Shown in pieces: positions 53,306 through 63,332 of a stretch of DNA of 64,000 nt. Source of the stretch: an uncultured Oscillospiraceae bacterium. GTDB lineage: Bacteria > Bacillota > Clostridia > Oscillospirales > Oscillospiraceae. The notes beneath the pieces were generated by a model. That model did not search any database, had not been told where the DNA came from, and worked only from the letters and a program-made list of their open reading frames with translations. Both the position numbers and the translations under genes were made by a program. The DNA lies in the NCBI GenBank assembly GCA_947630755.1, contig CANRIU010000006.1, positions 2,470 to 66,469 on the forward strand, read 5' to 3'. Positions within the stretch are counted from its first letter, which is position 1; every line of letters starts with the position of its first letter.

Positions 53306-54214
53306 ATGGAAAGGACCTTACTTATAGTGAACCCCGTCTCCGGAAAGGGGCGGGTGAAGAACATACTTATGGACCTGCTCTCCGCCCTGTGCTCCGGCGG
53401 GGAGAGCGTCAGCGTCTGCGTCACCGAAAAGCGCGGGGACGCCTCGGATTTTGTGGAGAAATACGGCGCGGGGATGAGCCGCGTTGTCTGCACCGGAGGC
53501 GACGGGACCCTCAACGAGGTCATATCCGGCCTTATGCGCATGGAGCCGGAGCAGCGCCCCGCGATAAGCTATATCCCCCTGGGCACGACAAACGACATGG
53601 CGACGTCCCTGTCCATCCCCAAGGACCCGAAGGACGCCATAACTCAGCTTGGCGGCTCCGCCGGGGAGCACAGGCTTCTTGACGTGGGGCAGCTGGGGCG
53701 GGACTACTTCGGGTATGTGGCGGCCTTCGGGGCCTTCACGGACGTGCCCTTCACCACGCCCCAGGCGGCAAAGAATACCTGGGGGTACCTCGCGTACCTC
53801 ACGGAGGCGCTGGGGCAGCTCACCGACATCACCGCCCACCACGCCAGGGTCAATTACGACGACGGGTATATCGAGGGGGACCTGCTCTTCGGCTTCGTCA
53901 CAAACTCCCTCACCGTCGCTGGGGGCATAGTCAAGTTTGACGAGTCCAACGTACAGCTGGACGACGGGCTTTTTGAGGTGCTGCTCATCCGCAAGCCCCG
54001 GAATATCGCGGAGCTCAACAACACCCTCTCCAACATCCTGAAGCGCAACTTCACCACCGAGAATGTGACGCTCCTCCACACGAGCTCCATATCCTTCCAG
54101 TTTGACAGCCCCGTGCAGTGGACCCGGGACGGCGAGGACGGGGGCGTTTACAGAAGCGTTGACGTCATAAACCACTCAAGGGCCGTTCGGATCTCGGTGA
54201 GGGGAAGCATATGA
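53306..54214 (+). CDS. diacylglycerol/lipid kinase family protein (YegS/DagK-like)
   Basis: LLIVNPVSGKG...VVCTGGDGTLNEV... Confidence 0.88.
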   Translation: MERTLLIVNPVSGKGRVKNILMDLLSALCSGGESVSVCVTEKRGDASDFVEKYGAGMSRVVCTGGDGTLNEVISGLMRMEPEQRPAISYIPLGTTNDMATSLSIPKDPKDAITQLGGSAGEHRLLDVGQLGRDYFGYVAAFGAFTDVPFTTPQAAKNTWGYLAYLTEALGQLTDITAHHARVNYDDGYIEGDLLFGFVTNSLTVAGGIVKFDESNVQLDDGLFEVLLIRKPRNIAELNNTLSNILKRNFTTENVTLLHTSSISFQFDSPVQWTRDGEDGGVYRSVDVINHSRAVRISVRGSI

Positions 54215-54990
54215 GCGTGAACATCCTCGCCATAGGCGACGTGGTCGGTGAGTGCGGGGTGGACTTTCTCCGCCGCAAGCTCTGGTCCTTCAGGAAGCTC
54301 AAGGGCATAAGCTTTGCCGTGGTAAACGGCGAAAACACCGACGTGGTGGGCATCACCCCCGCTCAGGCGGACGAGCTCCTCGCCGCGGGGGCCGACGTGG
54401 TCACTCTGGGGAACCACTCCTTTCAGCGCGGCGCAATTATAAATTATCTTGACGACGCGGTGAACGTGCTGCGTCCCTCGAATCTCTCCCCCCTCTCCCC
54501 CGGCATGGGCTGGCGGGAGTACGACACCACGGCGGGGAAGATCGCCGTAATTAACCTCATAGGCCGCTGCGGCATGGACTTCGGGCCGGACAGCCCCTTT
54601 TACGAGGCGGAGCGCGTCCTTAAAAAGCTCACGGCAAAGATGGTCCTCATCGACTTTCACGCCGAGGCCACCAGCGAAAAGGCGGCGCTGGCGTGGCATC
54701 TGGACGGGCGGATCTCAGCCCTCTGGGGCACCCACACCCACGTCCAGACCTCCGACGCAAGGCTTCTTCCAAAGGGCACGGGCTTCATCACCGACCTTGG
54801 CATGACCGGGGCGGCGGACTCCATCCTCGGCGTCCGCCCGGAGCAGTCCATCGCCCGATTTCTCGGTGAACCCCGCCGGGTCCCCTACTCTCAGGCCGGA
54901 GGGAAGCGGAAAATCGAGGGCGCGATATTTGAGCTCGACCCCGCCAGCGGCAGGTGCCTCTCCGTGGAGGCGGTGAGGATCTGCGAGTGA
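54211..54990 (+). CDS. ymdB: YmdB-family metallophosphoesterase (2',3'-cyclic-nucleotide phosphodiesterase)
   Basis: MSVNILAIGDVVG...VVNGENT...GNHSF...DFHAEATSEK...GTHTHVQTSD. Confidence 0.9.
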   Translation: MSVNILAIGDVVGECGVDFLRRKLWSFRKLKGISFAVVNGENTDVVGITPAQADELLAAGADVVTLGNHSFQRGAIINYLDDAVNVLRPSNLSPLSPGMGWREYDTTAGKIAVINLIGRCGMDFGPDSPFYEAERVLKKLTAKMVLIDFHAEATSEKAALAWHLDGRISALWGTHTHVQTSDARLLPKGTGFITDLGMTGAADSILGVRPEQSIARFLGEPRRVPYSQAGGKRKIEGAIFELDPASGRCLSVEAVRICE

Positions 54991-55016
54991 CGAAAGCTCC
55001 AGAAATGTGATAAATC

Positions 55017-55048
55017 GCGCCGCCCTTGAACCGGGCGGCGCTTTTTTG
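55017..55048 (+). terminator. intrinsic terminator after ymdB
   Basis: GCGCCGCCC-TTGAACC-GGGCGGCGC followed by TTTTTT. Confidence 0.8.
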
Positions 55049-55145
55049 GATAAATTTTCTCAATTTCGCAATGTTTATATTGGAAAAGCCGCGGGAATGT
55101 GTTATTATGGTTAGACGTGTATAATAAGAGGAAGGAGGGACCCGG

Positions 55146-57383
55146 TTGTCCAGAACGAGATCCACATACACATACTCCATGCTCCGCCGCAGGGGCTGGA
55201 CGCCGGAGCTGATCGACGCCCTCCTGCCCCCGCCCCGTATAGCCTCCAACGGCAGCAGGACCTTCCGGGTCTGGCGCAAGCGGGAGGTGGCGGAGGCGGA
55301 GGCCCGCCCGGAGTTTTTAAACGGCAGGACCGCCGCCGTGGAGGAGCCTCCCCGGCCCCGCCGCGCCCCGGCCTCGGAGACAAAGCGCGCAAGGGAGCTT
55401 CTGGAGTCCGCCTGGAGCGCCGTCTCCGACGACGGCTCGGAGGAGTACCTCCTTGCAAAGCTATATAATCTCGCCATTCTCGGAAGGCTCTCAGCGGCCT
55501 GCGACGACCCGAAGCGCTCTCAGGTGGGGTCCTGGCTTGGGGCGTTCGCGGCCCTTAACAGCGATAAGGCCCCAAAAACGGACAAGGCCGTCCCCGACGC
55601 CCTGCGGGGCGTGGTGCGCTCCGCCCTCTGGCTTGTGAGAAATCCCGGTGACCCCCTGGCCCGCCGCTGCATGGACAGCTACGGCGAGACCCTTGTCGCC
55701 GCCGCCCGGAGCGTCATCGCGTCTCTTCAGGGGCTCCAGTCCCGGGAGGCGCTGGCGGATATGCTGCGCTCGCCGGATTTCCCGCTGGGGATGCTCTACC
55801 GGGACGGGCTCTCCCGGGTGTGGTCCGTGTGGTATGTCCCGAGGGCGATAAGAACGAGCCTCCAGCTTCTTGTGGCGCTGAACCCCAAGGACGAGTACCC
55901 GGAGGCCCGGGCAATGCGCCGTCACTTCATCCTCCACATCGGCGGGACGAACACCGGAAAGACCTACGCCGGGTTTGCGCGGCTGATGGAGGCCCCCACC
56001 GGGGTGTATCTCGCGCCGTTGAGGCTCCTGGCGCTGGAGGCGCAGGAGACGCTCCTTGACGCCAAGGTGGACTGCTCGCTGGAGACCGGGGAGGAGGAGG
56101 ACCACCGTCCCGGGGACACCCATGTCGCCGCTACGGCGGAGAAGCTTGATTTAAAGCGGCACTTCGACGTCGCCGTTATCGACGAGTGCCAGATGGTCGC
56201 GGACCGGGAGCGGGGCTACGCCTGGACGAGGGCTATCCTCGGCGTCCTGGCGCCGGAGGTGCACCTGTGCGCCGCGCCGGAGGCGGAGAACATACTCACG
56301 AGGATGATCTCCGGCTGCGGTGACACATATGAGATAATCCGCCATGAGCGCACCACGCCCCTCATCCCCATGCGCCGCACCGTGGACCCGGACAAGGTCC
56401 AGCCCGGCGACGCCCTGATAACCTTCTCAAAGGTGGGCGTTCTGAGCGTGGCGGAGGAGCTTCGCAGCCACGGTAAGGAGCCGGCGATAATCTACGGCGC
56501 CCTGCCCTATGCCACAAGGCGGAAGCAGATGGAGGGCTTTTTAAACGGCGAGATGGAGTACGTCGTCTCCACCGACGCCATAGGCATGGGGCTGAACCTG
56601 CCCATACGCCGGATAATCTTCATGGAGACGGAGAAATTCGACGGCGTGGAGCGCCGGGAGCTGCTCCCCTCGGAGATAAAGCAGATCGCCGGGCGGGCCG
56701 GGAGGCTGGGCATGTACAGCCGGGGCTATGTCGGCGCGACGCAGAACCTAAACTTCATCCGCGCCGGGCTTGAGGCCACGGTGCCGCCGCTGGAGCACGC
56801 GGTGGTGGGATTTTCGGGTCTGGTGCTTCAGGTGGACTTCGACCTGCTGGAGGTGCTCACGGAGTGGAACAGGATGCCCACGGTGGAGCCCTTTGTAAAG
56901 CTGGATATATCGAGATATATAACCATAATCTCCCGTATGCGGGAGCTGGGGCTGACCTTCTCAAAGGAGGAGGAGCTTCGCGCCGCCAACATCCCCTTTG
57001 ACGAGACGGCCGAGGGGCTTCGGGAGCTGTTTTTCGACTACCTCCAGAAGTACCAGCGCCGGGAGCCGATAGAGCTGCCCGGCCTCGGGACGGAGGAGCC
57101 GAACCTCATGGAGCTGGAGCTATACTACAAAAAGCTCGACCTCTATTACTCCTTCTCCCGGACCTTCGGGCAGGAGGTTGACGAGGACAGGCTCTACAAC
57201 ATCCGGGAGGGCGTGGCGGAGGAGATAAACGAGATACTCCTCAAAAACCTCAAAAACAACATACGCTTCTGCGCGATATGCGGCAAGCCCCTGAGCCTTT
57301 ATCACAAGGGGCGGCTGTGCGACGCGTGCTTCCGCAAAACAAGAAAGCCCGACTCCCCCAGAGGGCCGAGAAAAAGACATTGA
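55146..57383 (+). CDS. SUV3-like superfamily-2 helicase with a ~250-aa N-terminal extension and a C-terminal zinc ribbon
   Basis: TTG start after GGAAGGAGGGA. GGTNTGKT (motif I), DECQ (II), QIAGRAGR (VI). C-terminal CAICGKPLSLYHKGRLCDAC. Confidence 0.8.
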   Translation: MSRTRSTYTYSMLRRRGWTPELIDALLPPPRIASNGSRTFRVWRKREVAEAEARPEFLNGRTAAVEEPPRPRRAPASETKRARELLESAWSAVSDDGSEEYLLAKLYNLAILGRLSAACDDPKRSQVGSWLGAFAALNSDKAPKTDKAVPDALRGVVRSALWLVRNPGDPLARRCMDSYGETLVAAARSVIASLQGLQSREALADMLRSPDFPLGMLYRDGLSRVWSVWYVPRAIRTSLQLLVALNPKDEYPEARAMRRHFILHIGGTNTGKTYAGFARLMEAPTGVYLAPLRLLALEAQETLLDAKVDCSLETGEEEDHRPGDTHVAATAEKLDLKRHFDVAVIDECQMVADRERGYAWTRAILGVLAPEVHLCAAPEAENILTRMISGCGDTYEIIRHERTTPLIPMRRTVDPDKVQPGDALITFSKVGVLSVAEELRSHGKEPAIIYGALPYATRRKQMEGFLNGEMEYVVSTDAIGMGLNLPIRRIIFMETEKFDGVERRELLPSEIKQIAGRAGRLGMYSRGYVGATQNLNFIRAGLEATVPPLEHAVVGFSGLVLQVDFDLLEVLTEWNRMPTVEPFVKLDISRYITIISRMRELGLTFSKEEELRAANIPFDETAEGLRELFFDYLQKYQRREPIELPGLGTEEPNLMELELYYKKLDLYYSFSRTFGQEVDEDRLYNIREGVAEEINEILLKNLKNNIRFCAICGKPLSLYHKGRLCDACFRKTRKPDSPRGPRKRH

Positions 57384-57411
57384 CCGCAGCCGGATGACTG
57401 CGGTCAACGAA

Positions 57412-57636
57412 TTACCACTCGCGCTTTATGTCCTGCTCCTCAACGTCGTACATCTCCATAAATTCCTCCAGGTCCTCCCGGGTGCGGATGAGCATCAGCT
57501 CCGAAAAGCGCTGGGTGACCGGGTCCTTGAACCCCGCCACCTGCTCCCCGGTGCAGATGCTGGCACGGATGGTGGGGATCTTTCCGGTCTTGTCGAAGGT
57601 GGGCTCATACCTGTGCTTCTTCTTTTTTCCGAACAT
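57412..57636 (-). CDS. small conserved hypothetical protein (74 aa)
   Basis: MFGKKKKHRYEPTFDKTGKIPTIRASICTGEQVAGFKD... Codon bias is typical for this genome. No function known to me. Confidence 0.6.
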   Translation of the reverse strand: MFGKKKKHRYEPTFDKTGKIPTIRASICTGEQVAGFKDPVTQRFSELMLIRTREDLEEFMEMYDVEEQDIKREW

Positions 57637-57716
57637 TTAAAATCCCTCCTTTTTTGCCATTATATCACAATATGACACTTTTACAACTGTTTTCAGTATT
57701 TATGAGGTGAAGCTGT

Positions 57717-58751
57717 ATGGAGAGTATTACCCGGCTCCTGCGCGGGGAGCTTGCCCGCCGCCCCGCATCTACGCTTGTCGACGCGGCGAAGCTTTTATAT
57801 CAGAGCGAGTTTGGCTGCGGGCACCTTATCCGGGACGAGGCCGGGGCGAGGGAGTATCTCTTCCGGGAGCTGGAGGAGTGCGAAAAGGCCGACCTCCCCC
57901 TCACGGAGCCCATCGGCGGCGGATATGTGAGGCTGAACCTCTCCCCCGCCGGGAATATCATGGACCGGGAGACGATTTTCCGCATATTCCTGCTCTCCGC
58001 CCGGGAAAAGCCGGGTACGGCGGAGGGATTTCGGGAAAAGCTGGCGCTTTTATATGACATTGGCTTTAACAGGGCCGATGTGGACAGCTTTCTCTCCGGG
58101 TATGAGGCCGCGGGCCTCCCCATGCTCTCCCACTCCCCCGCCTACCGAGAGGCTTACCGCCCCGCCTACCGGGTCATATCGGAGCGGCTTGCCCGGTTCA
58201 TCCCCGTATTCTCCGCCGTGGACAGGCTGTCGCGCTTCTCCGGGCCGATCCTTCTGGGCATTGACGGTATGTGCGCCGCGGGAAAGACGACCCTCGGCGG
58301 CGCGCTCCGGGAAATTTACGGCGCGGAGGTCTACCACGCCGACGACTACTTCCTCCCGCCGGAAATGCGCACGCCGGAGAGGCTCGGCGAGCCCGGCGGC
58401 AACATGGACCGGGAGCGGCTTTTAAGCGAGGTCCTGACCGCCCTTGAGCGCGGCGAGGCGCCCGTCACCCGGCGCTTTGACTGCCGCGCCCTGTGCTTGG
58501 AGCCGCCGAAGGCCCATGAGCTCACGCGGATAAACGCGGTGGAGGGCTCCTACTGCCTCCACCCGGAGCTGCGGGACTTCTACACCCTGAAAATCGCCCT
58601 TCGCACCGACGAGTCCCGGCAGCTTCAGCGCATAACTCTGCGGGAGGGGGAAAACATCGACGCCTTCAAAACCCGCTGGATACCCATGGAAAACGTTTAT
58701 TTTCAAAGCACGCGCCTTTTCGAGGAAGCGGACATAGTCATAGACACATAA
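57717..58751 (+). CDS. two-domain protein: unknown N-terminal domain + uridine-kinase/PRK-like P-loop kinase
   Basis: C-terminal half ILLGIDGMCAAGKTTLGG...YHADDYFLP... The N-terminal ~170 aa are unassigned. Confidence 0.7.
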   Translation: MESITRLLRGELARRPASTLVDAAKLLYQSEFGCGHLIRDEAGAREYLFRELEECEKADLPLTEPIGGGYVRLNLSPAGNIMDRETIFRIFLLSAREKPGTAEGFREKLALLYDIGFNRADVDSFLSGYEAAGLPMLSHSPAYREAYRPAYRVISERLARFIPVFSAVDRLSRFSGPILLGIDGMCAAGKTTLGGALREIYGAEVYHADDYFLPPEMRTPERLGEPGGNMDRERLLSEVLTALERGEAPVTRRFDCRALCLEPPKAHELTRINAVEGSYCLHPELRDFYTLKIALRTDESRQLQRITLREGENIDAFKTRWIPMENVYFQSTRLFEEADIVIDT

Positions 58752-58756
58752 TAAGC

Positions 58757-58799
58757 AAAGCCCCGGCGCAGCTTTTTGCGCCGGGGCCTTTTATTTTTT
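58757..58799. terminator. bidirectional intrinsic terminator between convergent genes
   Basis: GCCCCGGCGCA-GCTTTT-TGCGCCGGGGC, an 11-bp perfect stem. AAA upstream and TTTTATTTTTT downstream. Confidence 0.85.
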
Positions 58800-58828
58800 C
58801 CGCAAAAGGCGGGCAGCGGGGAATTAAA

Positions 58829-59899
58829 TTATCTGTTCCACGCCCTGTCGCCGGAGAGGGCTGGAAGCCCCGTGTCGATGGCCTCCGCCAGCTTAAGCCA
58901 CATATACGCATCCTCCAGCGCCTCCCGGAGGGGGTAAAACTCCCTGCCGGAGCGGATGTAATCCCCCATGGACCTCAAGAGCGTCGCCACGGCGTACTCG
59001 TCCTGGCACTGCTCCAGACGGAGATGAGGGCTCCAGCTTCTGCCCAGAGCCTCAAGCTCCCGCGTCACCATATCCGAAAAGCCCGGCACGCCCCCGGCGG
59101 TGAGCTTCAGCTCCCTCACCGTGTGGGAGGGGTCCGAGTACCTTATGACCGTGTCGCTCCACTCCCCCCGCTCGCCCCGGGCGCAGAGATGCCTTGAGCG
59201 TATGAAGGAGTGGTACTGCACGCCGTCAAAGTCATACAGGGCCGTCCTGCCGTTGTCAAAGGTAAAATATGCCGTTATCCTGTCGCTTAAGGCCACGGTC
59301 CCCTCCCTCAGCGGTCCGGAGCGGGAGTCCGTGAGCTCCACCCGGCAGGGGGACTTTTTTGCCTCCACCTTAAACTCCGGAAGCCTGCCGCCGACATCAA
59401 GGCCTAGCACACGCCGGATGAGGCTCGCGGCGTGGTAGTCGTGGACGAGGCTTAAATATACGCTGTCCACGCCGCCGATGAGCCCGCTATTCAGCGCCGA
59501 AAGCCCCGCGGAGATAATGGGATAGCGGAAATACTGCTCGGCGACCTGGAGCTTCGCCCCCAGAAGCTTAAGCTCCCATAAGTGTTCCAGCTCCTCCATG
59601 CTCTCCCCCGCCGGGGTCTCGGCAAGGACGGGAAAGCCCATCTGGAGCCATCTGTGAACGACCTTGAAATTCATCCCCCGGCTCACGGCGACAACGACAA
59701 GCTCCGGCTTTCTGCCGATAAGCTCCTCCGGCGAGTCCGTGGCGTACACGCCCCATTCCCGGCTTACGCGCTCCGCCTTCTCCCGGGAGCGGCACAGCAC
59801 CCCGAGAAGCTCCAGCTCCTCCGGGTATCTCGCCGCGGCCTTGGCGTAAAATCCCGCCCGCCAGCCGGAACCGACTATAATAAACTTAAGCTTTTCCAT
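58829..59899 (-). CDS. Gfo/Idh/MocA-family oxidoreductase
   Basis: MEKLKFIIVGSGWRAGFYAK... Rossmann N-terminus. 356 aa. Confidence 0.8.
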   Translation of the reverse strand: MEKLKFIIVGSGWRAGFYAKAAARYPEELELLGVLCRSREKAERVSREWGVYATDSPEELIGRKPELVVVAVSRGMNFKVVHRWLQMGFPVLAETPAGESMEELEHLWELKLLGAKLQVAEQYFRYPIISAGLSALNSGLIGGVDSVYLSLVHDYHAASLIRRVLGLDVGGRLPEFKVEAKKSPCRVELTDSRSGPLREGTVALSDRITAYFTFDNGRTALYDFDGVQYHSFIRSRHLCARGERGEWSDTVIRYSDPSHTVRELKLTAGGVPGFSDMVTRELEALGRSWSPHLRLEQCQDEYAVATLLRSMGDYIRSGREFYPLREALEDAYMWLKLAEAIDTGLPALSGDRAWNR

Positions 59900-59908
59900 A
59901 TTTCCACC

Positions 59909-61660
59909 TCACATATGAAGGTTTTGTGTGTTGTAGAGCCTCGCGTAGTCGCCGTTTTTCGCCATGAGCTGCTCATGGGTGCCCTCCTCGGTGATCACCC
60001 CGTCGCGTATGACGAGTATGCGGCTCGCCGCCCGGACGGTGGACAGCCTGTGGGCTATGATAAGCGTTGTCCTGCCCCGGGCGAGCTCGTCAAAGGCCCG
60101 CTGTATCTTCGCCTCAGTCACGGAGTCCAGGGCCGAGGTTGCCTCGTCAAGTATGAGCACCGGGGGATTTTTCAAAAATATCCGCGCTATGGAGATCCGC
60201 TGCTTCTGCCCGCCGGAGAGCAGCACCCCCCGCTCCCCCACATATGTGTCGAAGCCCCGAGGCATAGCCATTATGTCGTCGTATATCTCCGCCCTCCTCG
60301 CGGCCCAGGCCACCTCGTCGTCGGTGGCGTCCGGGCGCCCGTAGCGGATGTTGTTCATTATGGAGTCGGCAAAGAGGAACACGTCCTGCTGGACTACGCC
60401 GATGCTGCGCCTTAAGGACTGCTGGGTAACATCCCGCACATCCTGACCGTCGATGGATATGGACCCCTCCGTCACGTCGTAAAACCTGGGGATGAGGCTG
60501 CAAAGGGTGGTCTTTCCGCCGCCGGAGGGCCCCACCACGGCGACCGTCTCCCCGGGCGCGACGTGGAGCGTCACATGGTGCAGGACCTCCCCGTCCTCCC
60601 GCTCATAGGTGAAGCTCACGTCCTCCACGTCTATCCTTCCGCTGACGCCGGATAGCTCCCGGGCGCCGGGCTTATCCTTAAGCTCCGGCTCCAGCCGCAT
60701 GAGCTCCACAAACCGCGAAAGCCCCGCCGTGCCGTTCACAAGCATCTCCGATAGATTCGCAAGCTTCCTTATTGGGTTTATGAAGGTGGAGGTGTACAGG
60801 GTGAAGGTGATGAGGTCCCGGTAATCCATGGTCCCGCGCATGATGAGATACCCGCCGTAGGCTATGACCGTCACGGGCATGATTGAGGTGAAAAACTCCA
60901 GCGACGCCTGAAACCGCCCCATGGCCTTGTACTGGGCCTTCTTTGAGACGCGAAAGCGGTCGTTTGCCCGGTCGAATTTCTCGTGCTCCGCCTCCTCGTT
61001 GGTGAAGGCCTTGGCGGTGCGCATACCTGAGAGGCTCGACTCAATATCAGCGTTTATGGACGCCGTCTCCCGCTTCACACCCCGGGAGGTCTCCATGAGC
61101 TTCACCCGGTTTAGGTTCGCCACCGCCAGAAAAATGGGTATGAGCAGCAGCATCAGCAGCGCCAGACGCCACTGGACGGTGAAGAGTATGGCGATAGCGC
61201 CGAGGATGGTGACGCCGGAGATGAAGATGTCCTCCGGCCCGTGGTGGGCAAGCTCCGTTATGTCGAAAAGCTCCGACGTGAGGCGGCTCATCAGGTGCCC
61301 CGTGCGGTTTTTGTCAAAAAAGCTCACTGACAGCGTCTGAAGGTGGGAAAAAAGGTCCTCACGGATGTCCGCCTCCACCAGTATCCCGAATCCGTGGCCC
61401 CAGTAGGTGACAACAAACTGCAAAAATGACCTTGCCACATACGCCGCGACAATGATGCCGATCACCGCCGCGAAGGCCCCGAACATGTTATCCGGTATCA
61501 GTTCATAGAGGCACAGCCTCGAAAGGTACGGGAACGCCAGGTCCACAAGCGCGATAAAAAGCGCGCAGGCCATGTCAAGCAGGAACAGGCCCATATGTGG
61601 CTTAAAATAGCTTATAAAAATTCTGAAAAGTCCCCAGGATTTGAAATCTCGTCTCTCCAT
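59909..61660 (-). CDS. ABC exporter, fused TMD-NBD (MsbA/multidrug type)
   Basis: Start moved to ATG 61660 (MERRDFKSW...). GPSGGGKTTL, LSGGQKQRISIARIF, LILDEATSALD. Confidence 0.9.
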   Translation of the reverse strand: MERRDFKSWGLFRIFISYFKPHMGLFLLDMACALFIALVDLAFPYLSRLCLYELIPDNMFGAFAAVIGIIVAAYVARSFLQFVVTYWGHGFGILVEADIREDLFSHLQTLSVSFFDKNRTGHLMSRLTSELFDITELAHHGPEDIFISGVTILGAIAILFTVQWRLALLMLLLIPIFLAVANLNRVKLMETSRGVKRETASINADIESSLSGMRTAKAFTNEEAEHEKFDRANDRFRVSKKAQYKAMGRFQASLEFFTSIMPVTVIAYGGYLIMRGTMDYRDLITFTLYTSTFINPIRKLANLSEMLVNGTAGLSRFVELMRLEPELKDKPGARELSGVSGRIDVEDVSFTYEREDGEVLHHVTLHVAPGETVAVVGPSGGGKTTLCSLIPRFYDVTEGSISIDGQDVRDVTQQSLRRSIGVVQQDVFLFADSIMNNIRYGRPDATDDEVAWAARRAEIYDDIMAMPRGFDTYVGERGVLLSGGQKQRISIARIFLKNPPVLILDEATSALDSVTEAKIQRAFDELARGRTTLIIAHRLSTVRAASRILVIRDGVITEEGTHEQLMAKNGDYARLYNTQNLHM

Positions 61661-61792
61661 ACGGCAAAAGCTCTCCAATTAAAATAATATATCGAGATTA
61701 TATCACCCGCCGCCCCGGCGCGCAAGCCCAAACGCCTTTGACAAAACCATGTACGCGTAGTATAATGGCAAAAAACGCAAGGTGGTGGAGCC

Positions 61793-62302
61793 ATGGAATT
61801 TGATACCGCCCGGACCTGCGCCTTCACCGGCCACAGGCCGGAGAAGCTGCCCTGGCGCTATGACGAGCGCGACAGCAGATGCCTGCGCCTCAAATCCTCG
61901 CTGGAGGACACGGTCCTCTCCCTCTATGACTCCGGCTACCGCCACTTCATCTCCGGCATGGCGAAGGGCTGCGACACATATTTTGCCGAGACCGTCCTGC
62001 GCCTCAGGGATGAGTGTCAGGGCATGACGCTGGAGGCCGCCGTCCCCTGTGAGACCCAGCCCTCGGGCTGGAGCTTTGAGGAGCGCAAGCGGTATTTCTA
62101 CATCCTCCACCAGTGCGACAGGCAGACCATAGTCTCCCGGGAGTACACGCCGGAGTGTATGCTCCGCAGGAACATGTACATGGTGGACTCCGCCTCCCTG
62201 CTTCTGGCGGTCTACGACGGGACCCGCGGCGGCACCATGCAGACGGTAAATTACGCGAGAAGCTCCGGAGTTCATATAATCGAGCTTCCCATTCCGGTAT
62301 AA
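61793..62302 (+). CDS. SLOG-superfamily DUF1273 (YpsA-like) protein
   Basis: CAFTGHRPEKLPW...HFISGMAKGCD...GGTMQTVNYA... Confidence 0.8.
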   Translation: MEFDTARTCAFTGHRPEKLPWRYDERDSRCLRLKSSLEDTVLSLYDSGYRHFISGMAKGCDTYFAETVLRLRDECQGMTLEAAVPCETQPSGWSFEERKRYFYILHQCDRQTIVSREYTPECMLRRNMYMVDSASLLLAVYDGTRGGTMQTVNYARSSGVHIIELPIPV

Positions 62303-62307
62303 ATCTA

Positions 62308-62347
62308 TCCCCCGGCGTCCTTAAGGCGGGACACCGGGGGATTTTTT
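62308..62347 (+). terminator. intrinsic terminator after the DUF1273 gene
   Basis: TCCCCCGG...CCGGGGGA stem followed by TTTTTT. Confidence 0.75.
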
Positions 62348-62365
62348 ATCTATTCAGCGCGCCCT

Positions 62366-63301
62366 TTACAATGTTTTGCTCCTTCCGCCGCGGCGGCGTC
62401 TTCCGGGCTTGTCCGAGGAACAGGTGTGGCGGGCGTGATTTTTCGCCTCGTTGAGTATCCTTATGTTGTCGGTGGAGTAGCTGAGCGTGTCGGTGTAGGT
62501 CCAAAACCGCCCGTCCGGCGCCTCCAAAAGCCGCAGGCGTCTTATGAATCTTGCGTGCCCGTGGCAGGAGCACCTGGCGTAAAAAAGCTCCCCGTCCTGA
62601 GTGGCCCACTCGTTCACGCACAGCACCGCCCCGCACTCCGGGCAGGTGACGCGGCGGCTGAGACGGCTTGACAGCGCCTGCTTTCTTGAGTCGAAGGGGC
62701 CGCTGCGCGTCTGGTTCTTCTTCGGGAGCTTTGGGGCGATGACGGGCTTTTCGTCCTTGCCGCCAGGTGTGAAGCATGACTCCTCCACCCACCTGCGGCC
62801 TATGTAGCCGCTGACGACGGCGGTGTACATGGCGTCGTTTAATGCGTCATGGAAAACGAAGGTGTCGGGTATGCCGCAGTAGTCCACCGCCGTGGCGAGG
62901 GGCAGGGAGTCCCTTATCCCGAGGCGCCTTGAAAACGCCGCCTGAAGGTCAAAATACCTCTCCCCGGCTCTCACCTCAAGCCCCCAGTAGAGGGCGTTTT
63001 TTCTGAGGATGCGCACGTCGTTCCGGCCCCACTCGGCAAATACCCCGTCGCCGCCGCACCACTCCTCAAAGCTCTCCAGCGCCTCCGGGAAGGAGACTGT
63101 GCTCTCCATGGACCTTGGAAGCTCCGGCAGGACCTTTGCCGCCGGGGAAAGGCGCTTATGTACGCTGGGGCGTATGTAGACGCTGAAGGTGTCCCGCACG
63201 GTCCCCCCGGGCCCGTCCACCTTGACCGCGCCGATCTGGAGTATCTCCTCAAGGCTCACCCCGTAGAGCCCGCTGTTGAACTCAAGGTCAAGTATTATCA
63301 T
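62366..63301 (-). CDS. DEDDh 3'-5' exonuclease domain fused to a C-terminal zinc-ribbon domain
   Basis: MIILDLEFN (Exo I, D-x-E) ... FHDALNDAMY (Exo III, H-x4-D). C-terminal CPECG...CSCHGH. Confidence 0.8.
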   Translation of the reverse strand: MIILDLEFNSGLYGVSLEEILQIGAVKVDGPGGTVRDTFSVYIRPSVHKRLSPAAKVLPELPRSMESTVSFPEALESFEEWCGGDGVFAEWGRNDVRILRKNALYWGLEVRAGERYFDLQAAFSRRLGIRDSLPLATAVDYCGIPDTFVFHDALNDAMYTAVVSGYIGRRWVEESCFTPGGKDEKPVIAPKLPKKNQTRSGPFDSRKQALSSRLSRRVTCPECGAVLCVNEWATQDGELFYARCSCHGHARFIRRLRLLEAPDGRFWTYTDTLSYSTDNIRILNEAKNHARHTCSSDKPGRRRRGGRSKTL

Positions 63302-63332
63302 CTCTCCCCGCTCCCCCTCGCAGCGCTTCCCG

